From the IMG/VR virus record IMGVR_UViG_3300032291_003441, positions 9,087 to 73,086 of that record: a stretch of DNA of 64,000 nucleotides; one strand, 5' to 3'. A model generated the notes under the pieces. It saw only the letters and a list, made by a program, of their open reading frames with translations. It searched no databases and was not told where the DNA came from. Below, in pieces: positions 28,701 to 37,580 of this stretch. This DNA is from a virus. Each line of letters begins with the position of its first letter. Position 1 is the stretch's first letter. The position numbers and the translations under genes are program-made.

Positions 28701-30174
28701 CATCCGCACCACTAGATCCTGAAGAGCCTGTGGATCCACTTGAACCGCTTGAGCCGCTTGAACCACTTGAGCCGCTTGTTCCATTAGTACCTGAAGTACC
28801 TGATGATTGAGCTAAGCCTGAAGTACCTGTTGAACCAGAGCTTCCTGAAGTACCTGAAGTACTTGCTTGGCCTGAATTTCCTGCGTTACCTGATGAACCA
28901 TTTGAGCCACCTGATCCTGATGTGCCGGATGAGCCTGATGTACCTGAAGAACCATCTGCTCCTGAACTGCCATTTGAACCCGCAGAACCTGAGGAACCAC
29001 TAGTTCCACTAGAACCTGAAGAGCCATCTGCCCCGCTTGAGCCTGAAGTACCTGTAGAACCATTTGAACCTGAGGTTCCTGATGATCCTGAAGAACCAGA
29101 AGATTGAGATAAACCACTTGTACCTGTACTACCACTTGAGCCAGATGTACCTGAGGTACTTGATTGGCCTGAGTTCCCGGCATTACCTGATGAACCGTTT
29201 GATCCTGATGAACCACTAGTTCCTGAAGAGCCAGAAGTACCACTTGAGCCATCAGCTCCACTAGATCCAAAAGTTCCAGAACTTCCACTTGACCCACTAG
29301 ATCCTGAAGAACCACTTGAACCATCAGCTCCACTAGATCCAAAAGTTCCTGATGAACCTGAGCTACCAGAAGAACCACTTGAAGCACTTAAACCTGAAGT
29401 ACCAGTACTACCGCTTGAACCTGAAGTTCCTGCAGTACTAGATTGACCTGAGTTACCAGCATTACCATTTGAACCTGAACTACCACTAGAACCTGAAGTT
29501 CCACTTGTATCTGCTGTTCCTGAAGAACCAGCTGAACCTGAGGTACCAACTGTACCACTTGATTGACTTAATCCTGAGGTACCTGCTGTACCTGATGAGC
29601 CTGAAGTACCTGAAGTGCTTGATTGGCCTGAGTTACCACCATTACCTGATGAACCATTAGAACCACTTGAACCTGATGAACCAGCTGTTCCTGAAGAACC
29701 AACTGAACCACTTGAACCAGAAGTACCACTTGTACCTCCACTAGTACCTGAAGTACCTTCTATACCACTTGTACCAAATGAACCTGTTGAACCTGAACTA
29801 CCACTTGTTCCTGAAGAGCCTGCTGTATTTGAAGTACCACTTGTACCGGCTGTTGTACCTGATGTGCCCGAAGAACCATTTATACCTGAAGTACCATTAG
29901 AACCAGATAAACCACTAGAACCAGATAAACCTGAAGAGCCTGATGTGCCTGAAGAGCCTGATGTGCCTGATGTACCTGTTGTACCACTTCCTCCACCGCC
30001 TCCTAAAACTAAAGATACAACTCCATCATCATTAATGGTTAAAACATAACCTTCCCATCCTTCAGTTACAATAGGTAAATTAAATTTATTAAAAGCTAAT
30101 GATCTATCAAAAAAACCTCTACCTTGGTTTGGGTTGTCTAAACGATTATTACCTCTGTATCTGTTTTCAGCCAT
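25729..30174 (-). CDS. Long Gly-Ser/Thr repeat virion fibre with C-terminal intramolecular chaperone (peptidase S74-like)
   Basis: About 1260 aa of G-X-S/T triplets; C-terminal FSDSRIK...AGVIAQEVEKVLPEVV...VAYGNLNALLIEAIKEL. Confidence 0.88.
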   Translation of the reverse strand: MAENRYRGNNRLDNPNQGRGFFDRSLAFNKFNLPIVTEGWEGYVLTINDDGVVSLVLGGGGGSGTTGTSGTSGSSGTSGSSGLSGSSGLSGSNGTSGINGSSGTSGTTAGTSGTSNTAGSSGTSGSSGSTGSFGTSGIEGTSGTSGGTSGTSGSSGSVGSSGTAGSSGSSGSNGSSGNGGNSGQSSTSGTSGSSGTAGTSGLSQSSGTVGTSGSAGSSGTADTSGTSGSSGSSGSNGNAGNSGQSSTAGTSGSSGSTGTSGLSASSGSSGSSGSSGTFGSSGADGSSGSSGSSGSSGSSGTFGSSGADGSSGTSGSSGTSGSSGSNGSSGNAGNSGQSSTSGTSGSSGSTGTSGLSQSSGSSGSSGTSGSNGSTGTSGSSGADGSSGSSGTSGSSGSAGSNGSSGADGSSGTSGSSGTSGSGGSNGSSGNAGNSGQASTSGTSGSSGSTGTSGLAQSSGTSGTNGTSGSSGSSGSSGSSGSTGSSGSSGADGTSGSSGSSGSSGSTGSYGTSGDAGTAGSSNTSGTSGSGGSNGTTGNAGNSGQSSTSGTSGSSGSTGTSGLSQTGGTSGSSGLSGSTGTSGSSGTSGSTGSNGTSGVDGTSGTSNTSGTSGSSGTSGIAGAAGFSAASATSGTSGSSGSNGTTGAAGTSGESQTSGSSGSSGSQGSTGAAGTSGLSQTSGSSGSSGSQGSTGAAGTSGLSNTSGSSGSSGSFGTTGDAGTSGNSNTSGTSGSGGSNGTTGNAGNSGQSSTSGTSGSSGSTGTSGLSQTSGTSGASGSSGTSGNAGTAGTSGSSGSSGSTGTSGVDGGSGVSATSGTSGSSGSNGSTGAAGTSGLSQTSGSSGSSGSFGTTGAAGTSGLANTSGSSGSAGSNGTSGAAGSSGASNTSGTSGSAGSSGTTGTSGLAGASGISNTSGTSGSGGSNGTGGAAGTSGASQTSGSSGSSGSQGSTGAAGTSGLSQTSGSSGSSGSQGTTGNAGTSGNSNTSGTSGSGGSQGTTGAAGTSGASNTSGSAGSGGSNGTTGNAGTSGSSNTSGSSGSSGTSGIAGAAGFSAASATSGTSGSAGSNGTGGAAGTSGSSNTSGTSGSGGSNGTTGAAGSSGSSNTSGTSGSGGSNGTTGAAGSSGASNTSGSSGSSGSTGTSGVDGGSGVSATSGTSGSAGSNGTTGAAGSSGASNTSGSSGSAGSNGTSGAAGSSGASNTSGTSGSAGSSGTTGTSGLAGASGISNTSGTSGSGGSNGTTGAAGTSGASNTSGSAGSAGSNGTTGAAGASGSSNTSGTAGTSGTSGIAGAAGFSAVAGTSGTSGSAGTSGLSFNGTSGISGGTFTNQPDYLVRTTGTTTIQSVSFLYTDVTNGRLGVSTTSPSYPVHVNANVSGISIYASNDIQAFSDSRIKGEIKVIENAINKINQINGITFIRLDNPDNINRYAGVIAQEVEKVLPEVVHTDSKTGMKSVAYGNLNALLIEAIKELSKRVEELENKLK
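26200..30000 (-). repeat. Coding low-complexity repeat (9-nt triplet units with about 72-nt higher-order units)
   Basis: Recurrent plus-strand cctgaagta/ccacttgta/cctgaagaa units; 24-aa block GSTGAAGTSGLSQTSGSSGSSGSQ recurs with variants. Confidence 0.9.
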
Positions 30175-30249
30175 TCCGGTGTTTAATATAAATATTAAAA
30201 ACTTTTAATTTAATTTTACTTTTTATCAATATTTAATAAAAAATATTAA

Positions 30250-31212
30250 TTAGGGATTAATTGGATCTTGGCTTAGTAAAGGATCGTTAAATGATGTTTT
30301 ATTATGATTAATTGGTTCCTCATAAATTGCCCTATCTATAAAAGCTTTATTTTCATAGTAATCAGGGTTTGATGATGTTTCTATATCAAATACAACTTTA
30401 GTTTTATTAGAAAATTTCTGCAATGCTGTTATATCTTTTTGTAATACATCAGGTATGATGTATCCATTTAATTTAATATCAAAAGTACTTCTAACGATAC
30501 GCTCATCGTTATTAACTAACTCGGTTTGGAAACCAAACGAATCAATCATAGATTTAAATTGATAGCGTTGAGGATCTCCCCAGTAAGCATCAGAGGCATA
30601 TTCCATAGCCTCTACTATCTTGTTTAGTTGTTCTACGTAATAAGTAAACACAATACAAGTATAACTTACGGTAACATAATCAGGCATAATAACAGCATAG
30701 TATTCTTGTTGTGGAATCCTGTTGTTTAATACCTTAAAATTATCGTAAGCATTTCTTGGAGTATATTTTTTAGTAAATACTTGAAGTAGGTTGGGTTGAT
30801 TGGCATCTAGTTTGTTAGCTATCTGTCTATTTTTGTCTATACTGTTACGCTTAAACATAATCAACGGGGCCTGTATTTTTCCGAGCTGGTCCCTATAATA
30901 CCCGTCTTTTTGAAATGATTTCCATTTTTCTTGAGAACCATAAACAATAGGAACAGGTAATCTTTGTCCGTTTTGTATAACAGAAGGTTGAATTACGTTT
31001 TGAAAATAATAAAAAACAGCCTCATCTATGTCCTGAAGTCCTACACTAAAAGGTTTAGTAGTATCTCCTTTAAAAGAAGTATTTAATGCTCTATTGTTAG
31101 TAGGATTTGGATTAAAACTATTAGGATCACCTGCTGGATTATAGGTAGGAACATGCTGTTCATTGGACAGCTGTTTTTGGGTTTTTGGTATAGGTTTTCT
31201 AACTTGAGCCAT
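30250..31212 (-). CDS. Tail terminator / sheath stabiliser (T4 gp15-like)
   Basis: VPIVYGSQEKW...PLIMF motif; third gene of the neck triplet. Confidence 0.65.
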   Translation of the reverse strand: MAQVRKPIPKTQKQLSNEQHVPTYNPAGDPNSFNPNPTNNRALNTSFKGDTTKPFSVGLQDIDEAVFYYFQNVIQPSVIQNGQRLPVPIVYGSQEKWKSFQKDGYYRDQLGKIQAPLIMFKRNSIDKNRQIANKLDANQPNLLQVFTKKYTPRNAYDNFKVLNNRIPQQEYYAVIMPDYVTVSYTCIVFTYYVEQLNKIVEAMEYASDAYWGDPQRYQFKSMIDSFGFQTELVNNDERIVRSTFDIKLNGYIIPDVLQKDITALQKFSNKTKVVFDIETSSNPDYYENKAFIDRAIYEEPINHNKTSFNDPLLSQDPINP

Positions 31213-31796
31213 TACATTCTTGATTTAATTATATTCAAACGATCTGAAGGCACGTAATGACAATCACATCTTACTTCCACATTATAACCAAACTGATCTA
31301 ATCCTGTGTTTAAAGGATTATTTCCATCAGCATCTGTATAAGGATATTGAGGGTCTTTACCTGTAAAGAATTGGGTTGCATTAGTATTATCTACTTCCCA
31401 ATAACCGTTTTGATACTGTATTACATCGCCTACCTCTGGGTGGATGTTGGCTCCGTATTGAATAAAGGGTTGTTGGTATGTACCAAATCCTCCTTGGTTT
31501 GCTTCATTTAACTTACTTAACAAATCGTCTCGTAAAAATCTAAAAGTCATAGTCCAAGTAAAATCAACCCCTAAATCACTTGTTGGGGCTTCTTGAGGAC
31601 CAACCTCTATCAAAGAAAATAATATAACAGGATCAGCATAGTTTCTTCCTTCATATGCCTCACCATACATGTTTGTTTTAGTTTGAGTTATTTTATATTT
31701 GTAATAAATGACTTCTTGAGATATAATACTCCCCATCAACTCTCTGTTGACTCTTCTGAACATTGAAACATCGCGAGCACCACCATAAAGAGCCAT
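31212..31796 (-). CDS. Neck / head-closure protein (T4 gp14-like)
   Basis: NMYGE, PEVGDVI motifs; position between gp13-like and gp15-like genes. Confidence 0.65.
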   Translation of the reverse strand: MALYGGARDVSMFRRVNRELMGSIISQEVIYYKYKITQTKTNMYGEAYEGRNYADPVILFSLIEVGPQEAPTSDLGVDFTWTMTFRFLRDDLLSKLNEANQGGFGTYQQPFIQYGANIHPEVGDVIQYQNGYWEVDNTNATQFFTGKDPQYPYTDADGNNPLNTGLDQFGYNVEVRCDCHYVPSDRLNIIKSRM

Positions 31797-31798
31797 AA

Positions 31799-33019
31799 TT
31801 ATCCTATAAAAATTGTCATTGGTACATTATTAATTTCAGCAACACGAGCTACAGATTCTGCTTGTCTTCTTTCAAGTAAAGCTTGACGTGATGTTTGGTC
31901 AAAATATTCTCTTAATCTTACAATTAATGCTTCTTTTTCGGTAGCAGCCGATGAAACTAAATTATCTCCATTTAATGTTACTTCTGAACCTGGAATTGGT
32001 ATTGTTGAGTATTTGTTTCTTACTAGTCCTAAAGCATCTTTAGCTCTAGCTAAAGTATATTCAAAAATCCAAGCCCTACCAATTGAATTGATTTTAGAGT
32101 ATATTGGGTTTTGATAAGGAACGTTAGAGGTATTTACAATTTTGTTAGTACCGTTTGCTACAACAGAATCTAATCTGTCTTGTATTTTAATAAAATCAAA
32201 TACTAAATAAATACCATAATCTAATCCACCTTCAAATCCATCCTCACCAAAAGCTCCAGTACCTGGTACTGGAAATACTGAAATAATATTGTTTATAATA
32301 TTAAAGGAATAATTAGATAAAGTTACTTGATTCATCATTTCAATAGCCTGCATGTTTTGCATAGTAAAACTTGTAGGCATCATTAAATAAGTAGCAGTAC
32401 CATATCCAAATCCATATAAACCAGCGGCAGGAACACCTCCTAAACCACCTTGTCCGGCTAATAAAGCAGGAGAATATAATTGACTGATTGCTGGAGGGGA
32501 TTGATAATAAACGTTTTTAATCTCAATACCACCTACAATTCCTTCATCCTCAGCCCACTTAGCTAAATCATAACGTTGTTGTCCAGGAGTTAAAGGTAAT
32601 CTACCTTTTAACCAGTTTACATTACCTCCGGCCCCTGCTTCCTCACCATATTGTTGAGATAATCTAACAATAGTGGCCATTGTAGGAGTAAACACAGAGT
32701 TATTAACATTTAGACTTGTAGAAGCTCCCTCTAAAGACAAATAATTGTCTCTGGTTTGGAAAGCATATAATTCGTTTCCGTAAATAGTAGTTGCCTCTTC
32801 AAATCCAGCCCAAAAGTTAATATCTTGTAATTCTACGTTTTCAATAGGATAACCTAAACGTAAAGCACAAAAGTTAGCTACTTTATTAGCATCTGTTTGG
32901 AATTGAGAATCGTTATCATAAAATCCAAATGGGGTTGGCGGTGGCCAAACACCATTAGCATACGATGCTGAAACTTGAGCAAAGGAAGATGAACCAGGCC
33001 AAATTGGAATATTAGACAT
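31799..33019 (-). CDS. Neck / head-tail adaptor (T4 gp13-like)
   Basis: LRLGYPIENVEL, W..EYTLA.AK..LG.VRNKY, VTLNG, ends IFIG. Confidence 0.8.
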   Translation of the reverse strand: MSNIPIWPGSSSFAQVSASYANGVWPPPTPFGFYDNDSQFQTDANKVANFCALRLGYPIENVELQDINFWAGFEEATTIYGNELYAFQTRDNYLSLEGASTSLNVNNSVFTPTMATIVRLSQQYGEEAGAGGNVNWLKGRLPLTPGQQRYDLAKWAEDEGIVGGIEIKNVYYQSPPAISQLYSPALLAGQGGLGGVPAAGLYGFGYGTATYLMMPTSFTMQNMQAIEMMNQVTLSNYSFNIINNIISVFPVPGTGAFGEDGFEGGLDYGIYLVFDFIKIQDRLDSVVANGTNKIVNTSNVPYQNPIYSKINSIGRAWIFEYTLARAKDALGLVRNKYSTIPIPGSEVTLNGDNLVSSAATEKEALIVRLREYFDQTSRQALLERRQAESVARVAEINNVPMTIFIG

Positions 33020-33028
33020 ATTATTTTA

Positions 33029-33451
33029 TTAAGTGGTTACAATGTAATACTCTATACTTGCGTTTGAACCAGAAGGTTCTGCTTTCACGGATTGAATATC
33101 TTTAAAAGCAAATCCTGATTCGCTACCAGTCATTTTACTAGTAGATAACATATAAGAGCTACCAGTAGCAATCAAATAACTCATTGCCTCGGCTGATGAA
33201 GATATAATTAATTTAACAGGAGCAACAGATGAGTTGTTAGTTACTCTAACATATTGAATACTGCTTGTTACAAAAGTACCTGCACCAGGAGTTCCATCCA
33301 TTCTAAAAAGGGTAGTAACTGAGCCTGTAGGGATACTTAAGATTCTATTATCAACGTAATTAACATTATTAATAGTTTGACTAACAGAAGATCCTACATC
33401 ATCTCCGTTAAGTGTTAAAATTTCGAATATTTGGGAAGTAAAAGTGGCCAT
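33029..33451 (-). CDS. Hypothetical virion protein
   Basis: Beta-rich 140-aa ORF with late-type motif upstream. Confidence 0.6.
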   Translation of the reverse strand: MATFTSQIFEILTLNGDDVGSSVSQTINNVNYVDNRILSIPTGSVTTLFRMDGTPGAGTFVTSSIQYVRVTNNSSVAPVKLIISSSAEAMSYLIATGSSYMLSTSKMTGSESGFAFKDIQSVKAEPSGSNASIEYYIVTT

Positions 33452-33490
33452 ACCTTTTTCGTATAAATATTGAAAAAGTATGGCTCTAAC

Positions 33491-34228
33491 TTACTTTTTA
33501 GAATTTCCGTTTGAACCAGTAGTATTTAGACTTAAACCCTGTTCATATGCATCATTGTATAGATTAATTAAATCCTCTACGATTGGATCTCTGTGGTTTT
33601 GTTTCAAAGATATTGCCTCTAAGTTTTTAATCTTTTTAGCGGCTGAATATAAGAACTTAAATCCAGAATCGCGTTTTTGTTTTAAATCCACCTGGCCATC
33701 ATCACCACAAATAATCATTTTTGATCCTTTACCAATACGGGTAACAATCATTTCCATTTGTTCGTGTGTTACGTTTTGAGCCTCATCTACGATTACTACA
33801 GAGTTTACAAACGTTCTACCTCTCATAAATGATACAGGTACAATCTCTATTTTACCTTCTTTAATAAGTTCTTCTACTTTTATTTTATCGTAAAGTAAGA
33901 ACATGTTTTGATAAATAGGTTGAACCCAAGGATCCATTTTTTCTCTTAAATCACCTGGTAAGAATCCTATTTCCTCTTTAGATACTGTTGGTCGGGTAAT
34001 AATTACCTTTTCAACATCTCTCATAAATAGTTTTTCTAAACCAATCTGACAGGCAAGTAATGTTTTACCTGAACCAGCGGCTCCGGCTAATAATGTAATA
34101 GTACTTTCTAATATTTTAGCTTTAGCGGCTTTTTGTTCCTCGTTTAATTGGATTTTAAACTTAATAGGATTTTTTGGTTTACGCTTTTCTTGGAAGATAG
34201 AATCTTCATGGGTTGGTTTTGTATTCAT
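33491..34228 (-). CDS. phoH: PhoH-family ATPase
   Basis: GAAGSGKT, ITRP, GFLPGDLREK, FMRGRTF, DEAQN, TRIG, GD..Q.D motifs. Confidence 0.95.
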   Translation of the reverse strand: MNTKPTHEDSIFQEKRKPKNPIKFKIQLNEEQKAAKAKILESTITLLAGAAGSGKTLLACQIGLEKLFMRDVEKVIITRPTVSKEEIGFLPGDLREKMDPWVQPIYQNMFLLYDKIKVEELIKEGKIEIVPVSFMRGRTFVNSVVIVDEAQNVTHEQMEMIVTRIGKGSKMIICGDDGQVDLKQKRDSGFKFLYSAAKKIKNLEAISLKQNHRDPIVEDLINLYNDAYEQGLSLNTTGSNGNSKK

Positions 34229-34943
34229 TGAAATTGATTTTAACTAGTTGGTCCAAGCCAGCATTAACATGCATAGCATTATCTAAACATAACTCGAAAT
34301 CATATCTGTCATCCAATGGTAACACTAAATCAACTTGTGAACCCCATCTAATTAAAGAAAATCTTTCGTTTTGAGCAAAAACATCGTTTTGAGCCATAGT
34401 AAAGGGAGCAATAACGTTTACATCCTCGTCTGCAATCTGAATTAAGTAATAAGTATAATCTAAAGATGGTGAATAAATTTTATTCCACATCCGCTCGTTA
34501 TACTTTAAGTACTCCATGTTTGCGGGGTTAATTTTTTTATTTAATATATCTTTTTCAACCGCCAACATTGGTTTATTAGTCGATTGAATCGCGTCTAGTG
34601 GTTTATATGACAGCAGACCTCCGTATGGTATACGATTTATATGAACATCATAAAATGACATAAATATACCAATAACTAGTGAAGGTTTATTATATTCATC
34701 ATCACCCATAACATCTTGAAGAGTATAATTCATACCCTTAATTTCAACTACAGGTTCCTTAGGATCCTTAATGAATTTTTGGTATAGAATAGTTCCATCA
34801 GCCGGAGAGTAAAAATGCTCATGGTCAATATAATTAGGACGAATTGGGTCTCTAAAGAAAAATGTATTAGATAATTCCCCTACTGGCATCTTCTGAAGTT
34901 GTTTAACCTCAGTACTTATCCACTCTTGTAATGTTTGAGCCAT
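34206..34943 (-). CDS. Phosphatidylserine decarboxylase-like pyruvoyl enzyme
   Basis: FFFRDP, SPADG, IFMSFYDVHINRIP, and WGSQVDL autocleavage motif. Confidence 0.8.
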   Translation of the reverse strand: MAQTLQEWISTEVKQLQKMPVGELSNTFFFRDPIRPNYIDHEHFYSPADGTILYQKFIKDPKEPVVEIKGMNYTLQDVMGDDEYNKPSLVIGIFMSFYDVHINRIPYGGLLSYKPLDAIQSTNKPMLAVEKDILNKKINPANMEYLKYNERMWNKIYSPSLDYTYYLIQIADEDVNVIAPFTMAQNDVFAQNERFSLIRWGSQVDLVLPLDDRYDFELCLDNAMHVNAGLDQLVKINFNEYKTNP

Positions 34944-35857
34944 TATAATAAGGTTTTATTATGGTCTACTCGATTTAAGTGCATCATCATACAAGATAAC
35001 ATAGCACCTGACTTCATGTATTCTGATAAGTTAAAGATAACTGGTTCCATACCTGCATCACCACAAATCTTTTCTAATGTTTTGATTTTATGAACCTCAC
35101 CCTCATAATATTCATGAGATTTTTTCATTTCGGAAATGTTTGAGGCACACATAATCATATTACCTAAACGAACTGAATTAGTTATTCCTCCTAAGGCATC
35201 GTCAACATGAATATCAATAATTTCAGTGTATTTTTCCATTTCAACTAATTCTTCTTCATCAAACAATTCAGTACAAACTAGTGTTTGTTCTTGATTTAAA
35301 GCAAAAATAGAGCAATCCAAGTGATACAAATACTCATCAACCATAGCTACTTTAAGGATGTCCATGTTGTATTGTTCTTCCATCCACTCATATGCTTTGA
35401 TGTTAGAGCGAATACCATAACCACCAATATATTTGTTTCCGTAAAGGTATTTCAAATCGGCCTCACCTTCCCATTTAAAAGGAGAAATAGCTGTTTTATA
35501 ACCCATTTGGTTAAAATATTTTTCTCCAACTAATTCTTCACCTTTACGGGGATCAGAAGTAAAATTAGATAAAATAATATGGTTTTCGTCTTTAATATGA
35601 GGTAAATAAAGACCTAAATTAGCTACATAAACTTGGTCTTGAAAATTACCTTCCGAAGGTAATAGATTAACTATAGCACCACCAGCAACAAAGTTATACA
35701 AATCCATAAACTGTTTGTATGCTTTAGGTTTATTAATTGCTAATTCATCATCTGTTAATTCCTGCATCCAAATGTTATTTGGATCTGCTGTAGATAATGA
35801 GAATGGAAAGTTCATAACAAAACTTTGGATTGGTAACTGACTTGGAGTCTCTTTCAT
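34943..35857 (-). CDS. Amidinotransferase / DDAH-like (pentein superfamily) enzyme
   Basis: DQVYVAN, EGEAD, YHLDC, C-terminal KSGAMLSC with catalytic Cys. Confidence 0.82.
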   Translation of the reverse strand: MKETPSQLPIQSFVMNFPFSLSTADPNNIWMQELTDDELAINKPKAYKQFMDLYNFVAGGAIVNLLPSEGNFQDQVYVANLGLYLPHIKDENHIILSNFTSDPRKGEELVGEKYFNQMGYKTAISPFKWEGEADLKYLYGNKYIGGYGIRSNIKAYEWMEEQYNMDILKVAMVDEYLYHLDCSIFALNQEQTLVCTELFDEEELVEMEKYTEIIDIHVDDALGGITNSVRLGNMIMCASNISEMKKSHEYYEGEVHKIKTLEKICGDAGMEPVIFNLSEYMKSGAMLSCMMMHLNRVDHNKTLL

Positions 35858-35921
35858 AAGTAACTAATTGTATAACGTTTTGGTATACATATGGTGTAGG
35901 CCTATACTAGTACATAGAAAT

Positions 35922-35950
35922 AAAAAAAGGCCTAGAAAAATCTAGGCCTC
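35922..35950 (-). terminator. Intrinsic terminator
   Basis: Minus strand AGGCCTAGA-TTT-TTCTAGGCCT followed by T-run. Confidence 0.75.
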
Positions 35951-35969
35951 TTTATAAAGATTTTTAAAA

Positions 35970-36644
35970 TTAGTTATATGCTTGAAAATATGCATAATAA
36001 GAAGTCATAGTTCTATTTGTACTTCCACTTACTATAATTTTAAAATCACCTGGGGTTAAATTTGCAAAACTTCCACTTACTGTTACATTTGATAAAGGAG
36101 TTCTTCTCATATCACCTGTTTGATCACACCATCCTATTGAGTAACAAGCAGAAGCTGAACCAGCTGTGATATAAAGTTCGCCTAAAATTTCAAATGGTTT
36201 ATTTGTTGTAAATGATAAAGTTTGGGTTCCTAAATTAGAACCGGAAATAATTTGATCTCCTATTTGTAAACGAATTGCTGCGTTTGTATCATTACTTCCA
36301 CCAGAGGCAAATAGGCCTATGGCTCTAAAGTGTAAAACTTTAGATACATAGTTTACAGAATCATCAAAAAATGATTGTGGTAAAGCTCTTGAACCCCAAG
36401 TAGTACTACTTCCTAAAAAATCAGTGTTTGTACTTGATCCGGAAGTATAAATTATATCATTATTTCTAGCATAAAGAGTTCTAACAGATGCTCCTCCTAA
36501 ACTATCAGCATTTACACTACCTGAGGATAAAAAATCAGAGTAGGTAATTTGTTTAGTAATTCCATCTTGTACTATAGGAATAATACTATTTGATGTGATT
36601 TGGGTTGTTGGTGGTAGTCCTGATATTGGTAAATTTTCATCCAT
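35970..36644 (-). CDS. Hypothetical virion structural protein
   Basis: N-terminal LPISGLP...IPIVQDGITKQIT motif seen in phage decoration/fibre proteins. Confidence 0.55.
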   Translation of the reverse strand: MDENLPISGLPPTTQITSNSIIPIVQDGITKQITYSDFLSSGSVNADSLGGASVRTLYARNNDIIYTSGSSTNTDFLGSSTTWGSRALPQSFFDDSVNYVSKVLHFRAIGLFASGGSNDTNAAIRLQIGDQIISGSNLGTQTLSFTTNKPFEILGELYITAGSASACYSIGWCDQTGDMRRTPLSNVTVSGSFANLTPGDFKIIVSGSTNRTMTSYYAYFQAYN

Positions 36645-36883
36645 TATATTATTATTTTATTTCCGTTTTCTTGTAATAAAAAGAATCCATTTTCTTGTAA
36701 TAAGAAATTTTCTACTTCTTTAAGTGGTCCTTTATTTTGATATACAATCCAACTTGTTCTAGCTTCTGAAAGTTGATAGAGATATTGGTTATATTGATTA
36801 ATTTGTTCTTGAAGAGGTAATTTAGATACATGTGATGATTTCACAAAATGAGGCCAAGTTATTTCTTCAAAAATGTTAAACAT
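36644..36883 (-). CDS. Small hypothetical protein with duplicated FLLQENG motif
   Basis: ENFLLQENGFFLLQENGNKI. Confidence 0.6.
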   Translation of the reverse strand: MFNIFEEITWPHFVKSSHVSKLPLQEQINQYNQYLYQLSEARTSWIVYQNKGPLKEVENFLLQENGFFLLQENGNKIII

Positions 36884-36907
36884 ACAAATTATTTATTATA
36901 CATATTA

Positions 36908-36930
36908 AAAAAAGCCCCGCTTGCGCGGGA
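36908..36930 (-). terminator. Intrinsic terminator
   Basis: Minus strand CCCGC-GCAA-GCGGG GNRA hairpin followed by T7. Confidence 0.75.
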
Positions 36931-36937
36931 GAAAATG

Positions 36938-37519
36938 TTAAATTTTATCACTTTTTTCCCTGTTTTGGGTTTTTTCTAGGGGTTGTGTATTAAGGTAATG
37001 AAAACATGTATATAAGTTTTCTTCAATATTTAAGTCAAAAGAGGCTATAGGTTTAATATGATCTATTTCCCAATACTCCCCATAATTATCCCAAGTCATT
37101 TCTGGTGAGAAATAAAATTCAAGGTATTGAGTATATTCCTCCATGTTACACCCTAAATATTCTATAGTACGATCTTTTTTAAGTGTATTATATAGTTTTA
37201 AAGCTTCGGATATTCGAGCTGATGTTACATGTTTTATTCTGAATCCAATATCTGTATGGTATTTGTTTTTATTCCATTCTCTATAAAGTTCCTTTTTAGT
37301 ATGATAGTGGTTTGTACAATATTGATTAAAATATTCTTTATTTTCTTTTCGGTATTCTTTATAGTAATCTGATTCTTTACGACCTGAGATATGGTAGTAG
37401 GTTTTACCTGATTCTTTTTGGCATGCAACACAGTACCTATGTTTTCCATCAGGTTCATTTGTTTTATTCCAAAAATCAGTTAGTGGTTTTTCTATATTAC
37501 ATTTTTTACATTGTTTCAT
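36938..37519 (-). mobile_element. HNH-type homing endonuclease (paralog of 49503..50063)
   Basis: CKKC...CVAC zinc motif; YLGC, MTWDNYG.YWEIDHIKP...CFHYLNTQPL...N..K; likely start MKQCKKC at 37519. Confidence 0.8.
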
Positions 37520-37552
37520 AAGACAGGAATCTTCGGGTCCATTATACATATG

Positions 37553-37580
37553 AAAAAGAGCCGCAAAAATGCGGCTCTTA
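37553..37580 (-). terminator. Intrinsic terminator after major capsid gene
   Basis: Minus strand AAGAGCCGCATTTTTGCGGCTCTT followed by TTT. Confidence 0.8.

Noticed and set aside
26200-30000. Repeat array considered as CRISPR or DGR template
   Set aside because: The repeats are in-frame coding triplets with no constant repeat/unique spacer structure, and no cas or reverse transcriptase gene is in the window
26247-30049. Many plus-strand PEVP/EPE-rich ORFs and alternative-frame minus ORFs (VLQV repeats)
   Set aside because: These are shadows of the Gly-Ser-Thr repeat in other frames and have no independent start signals
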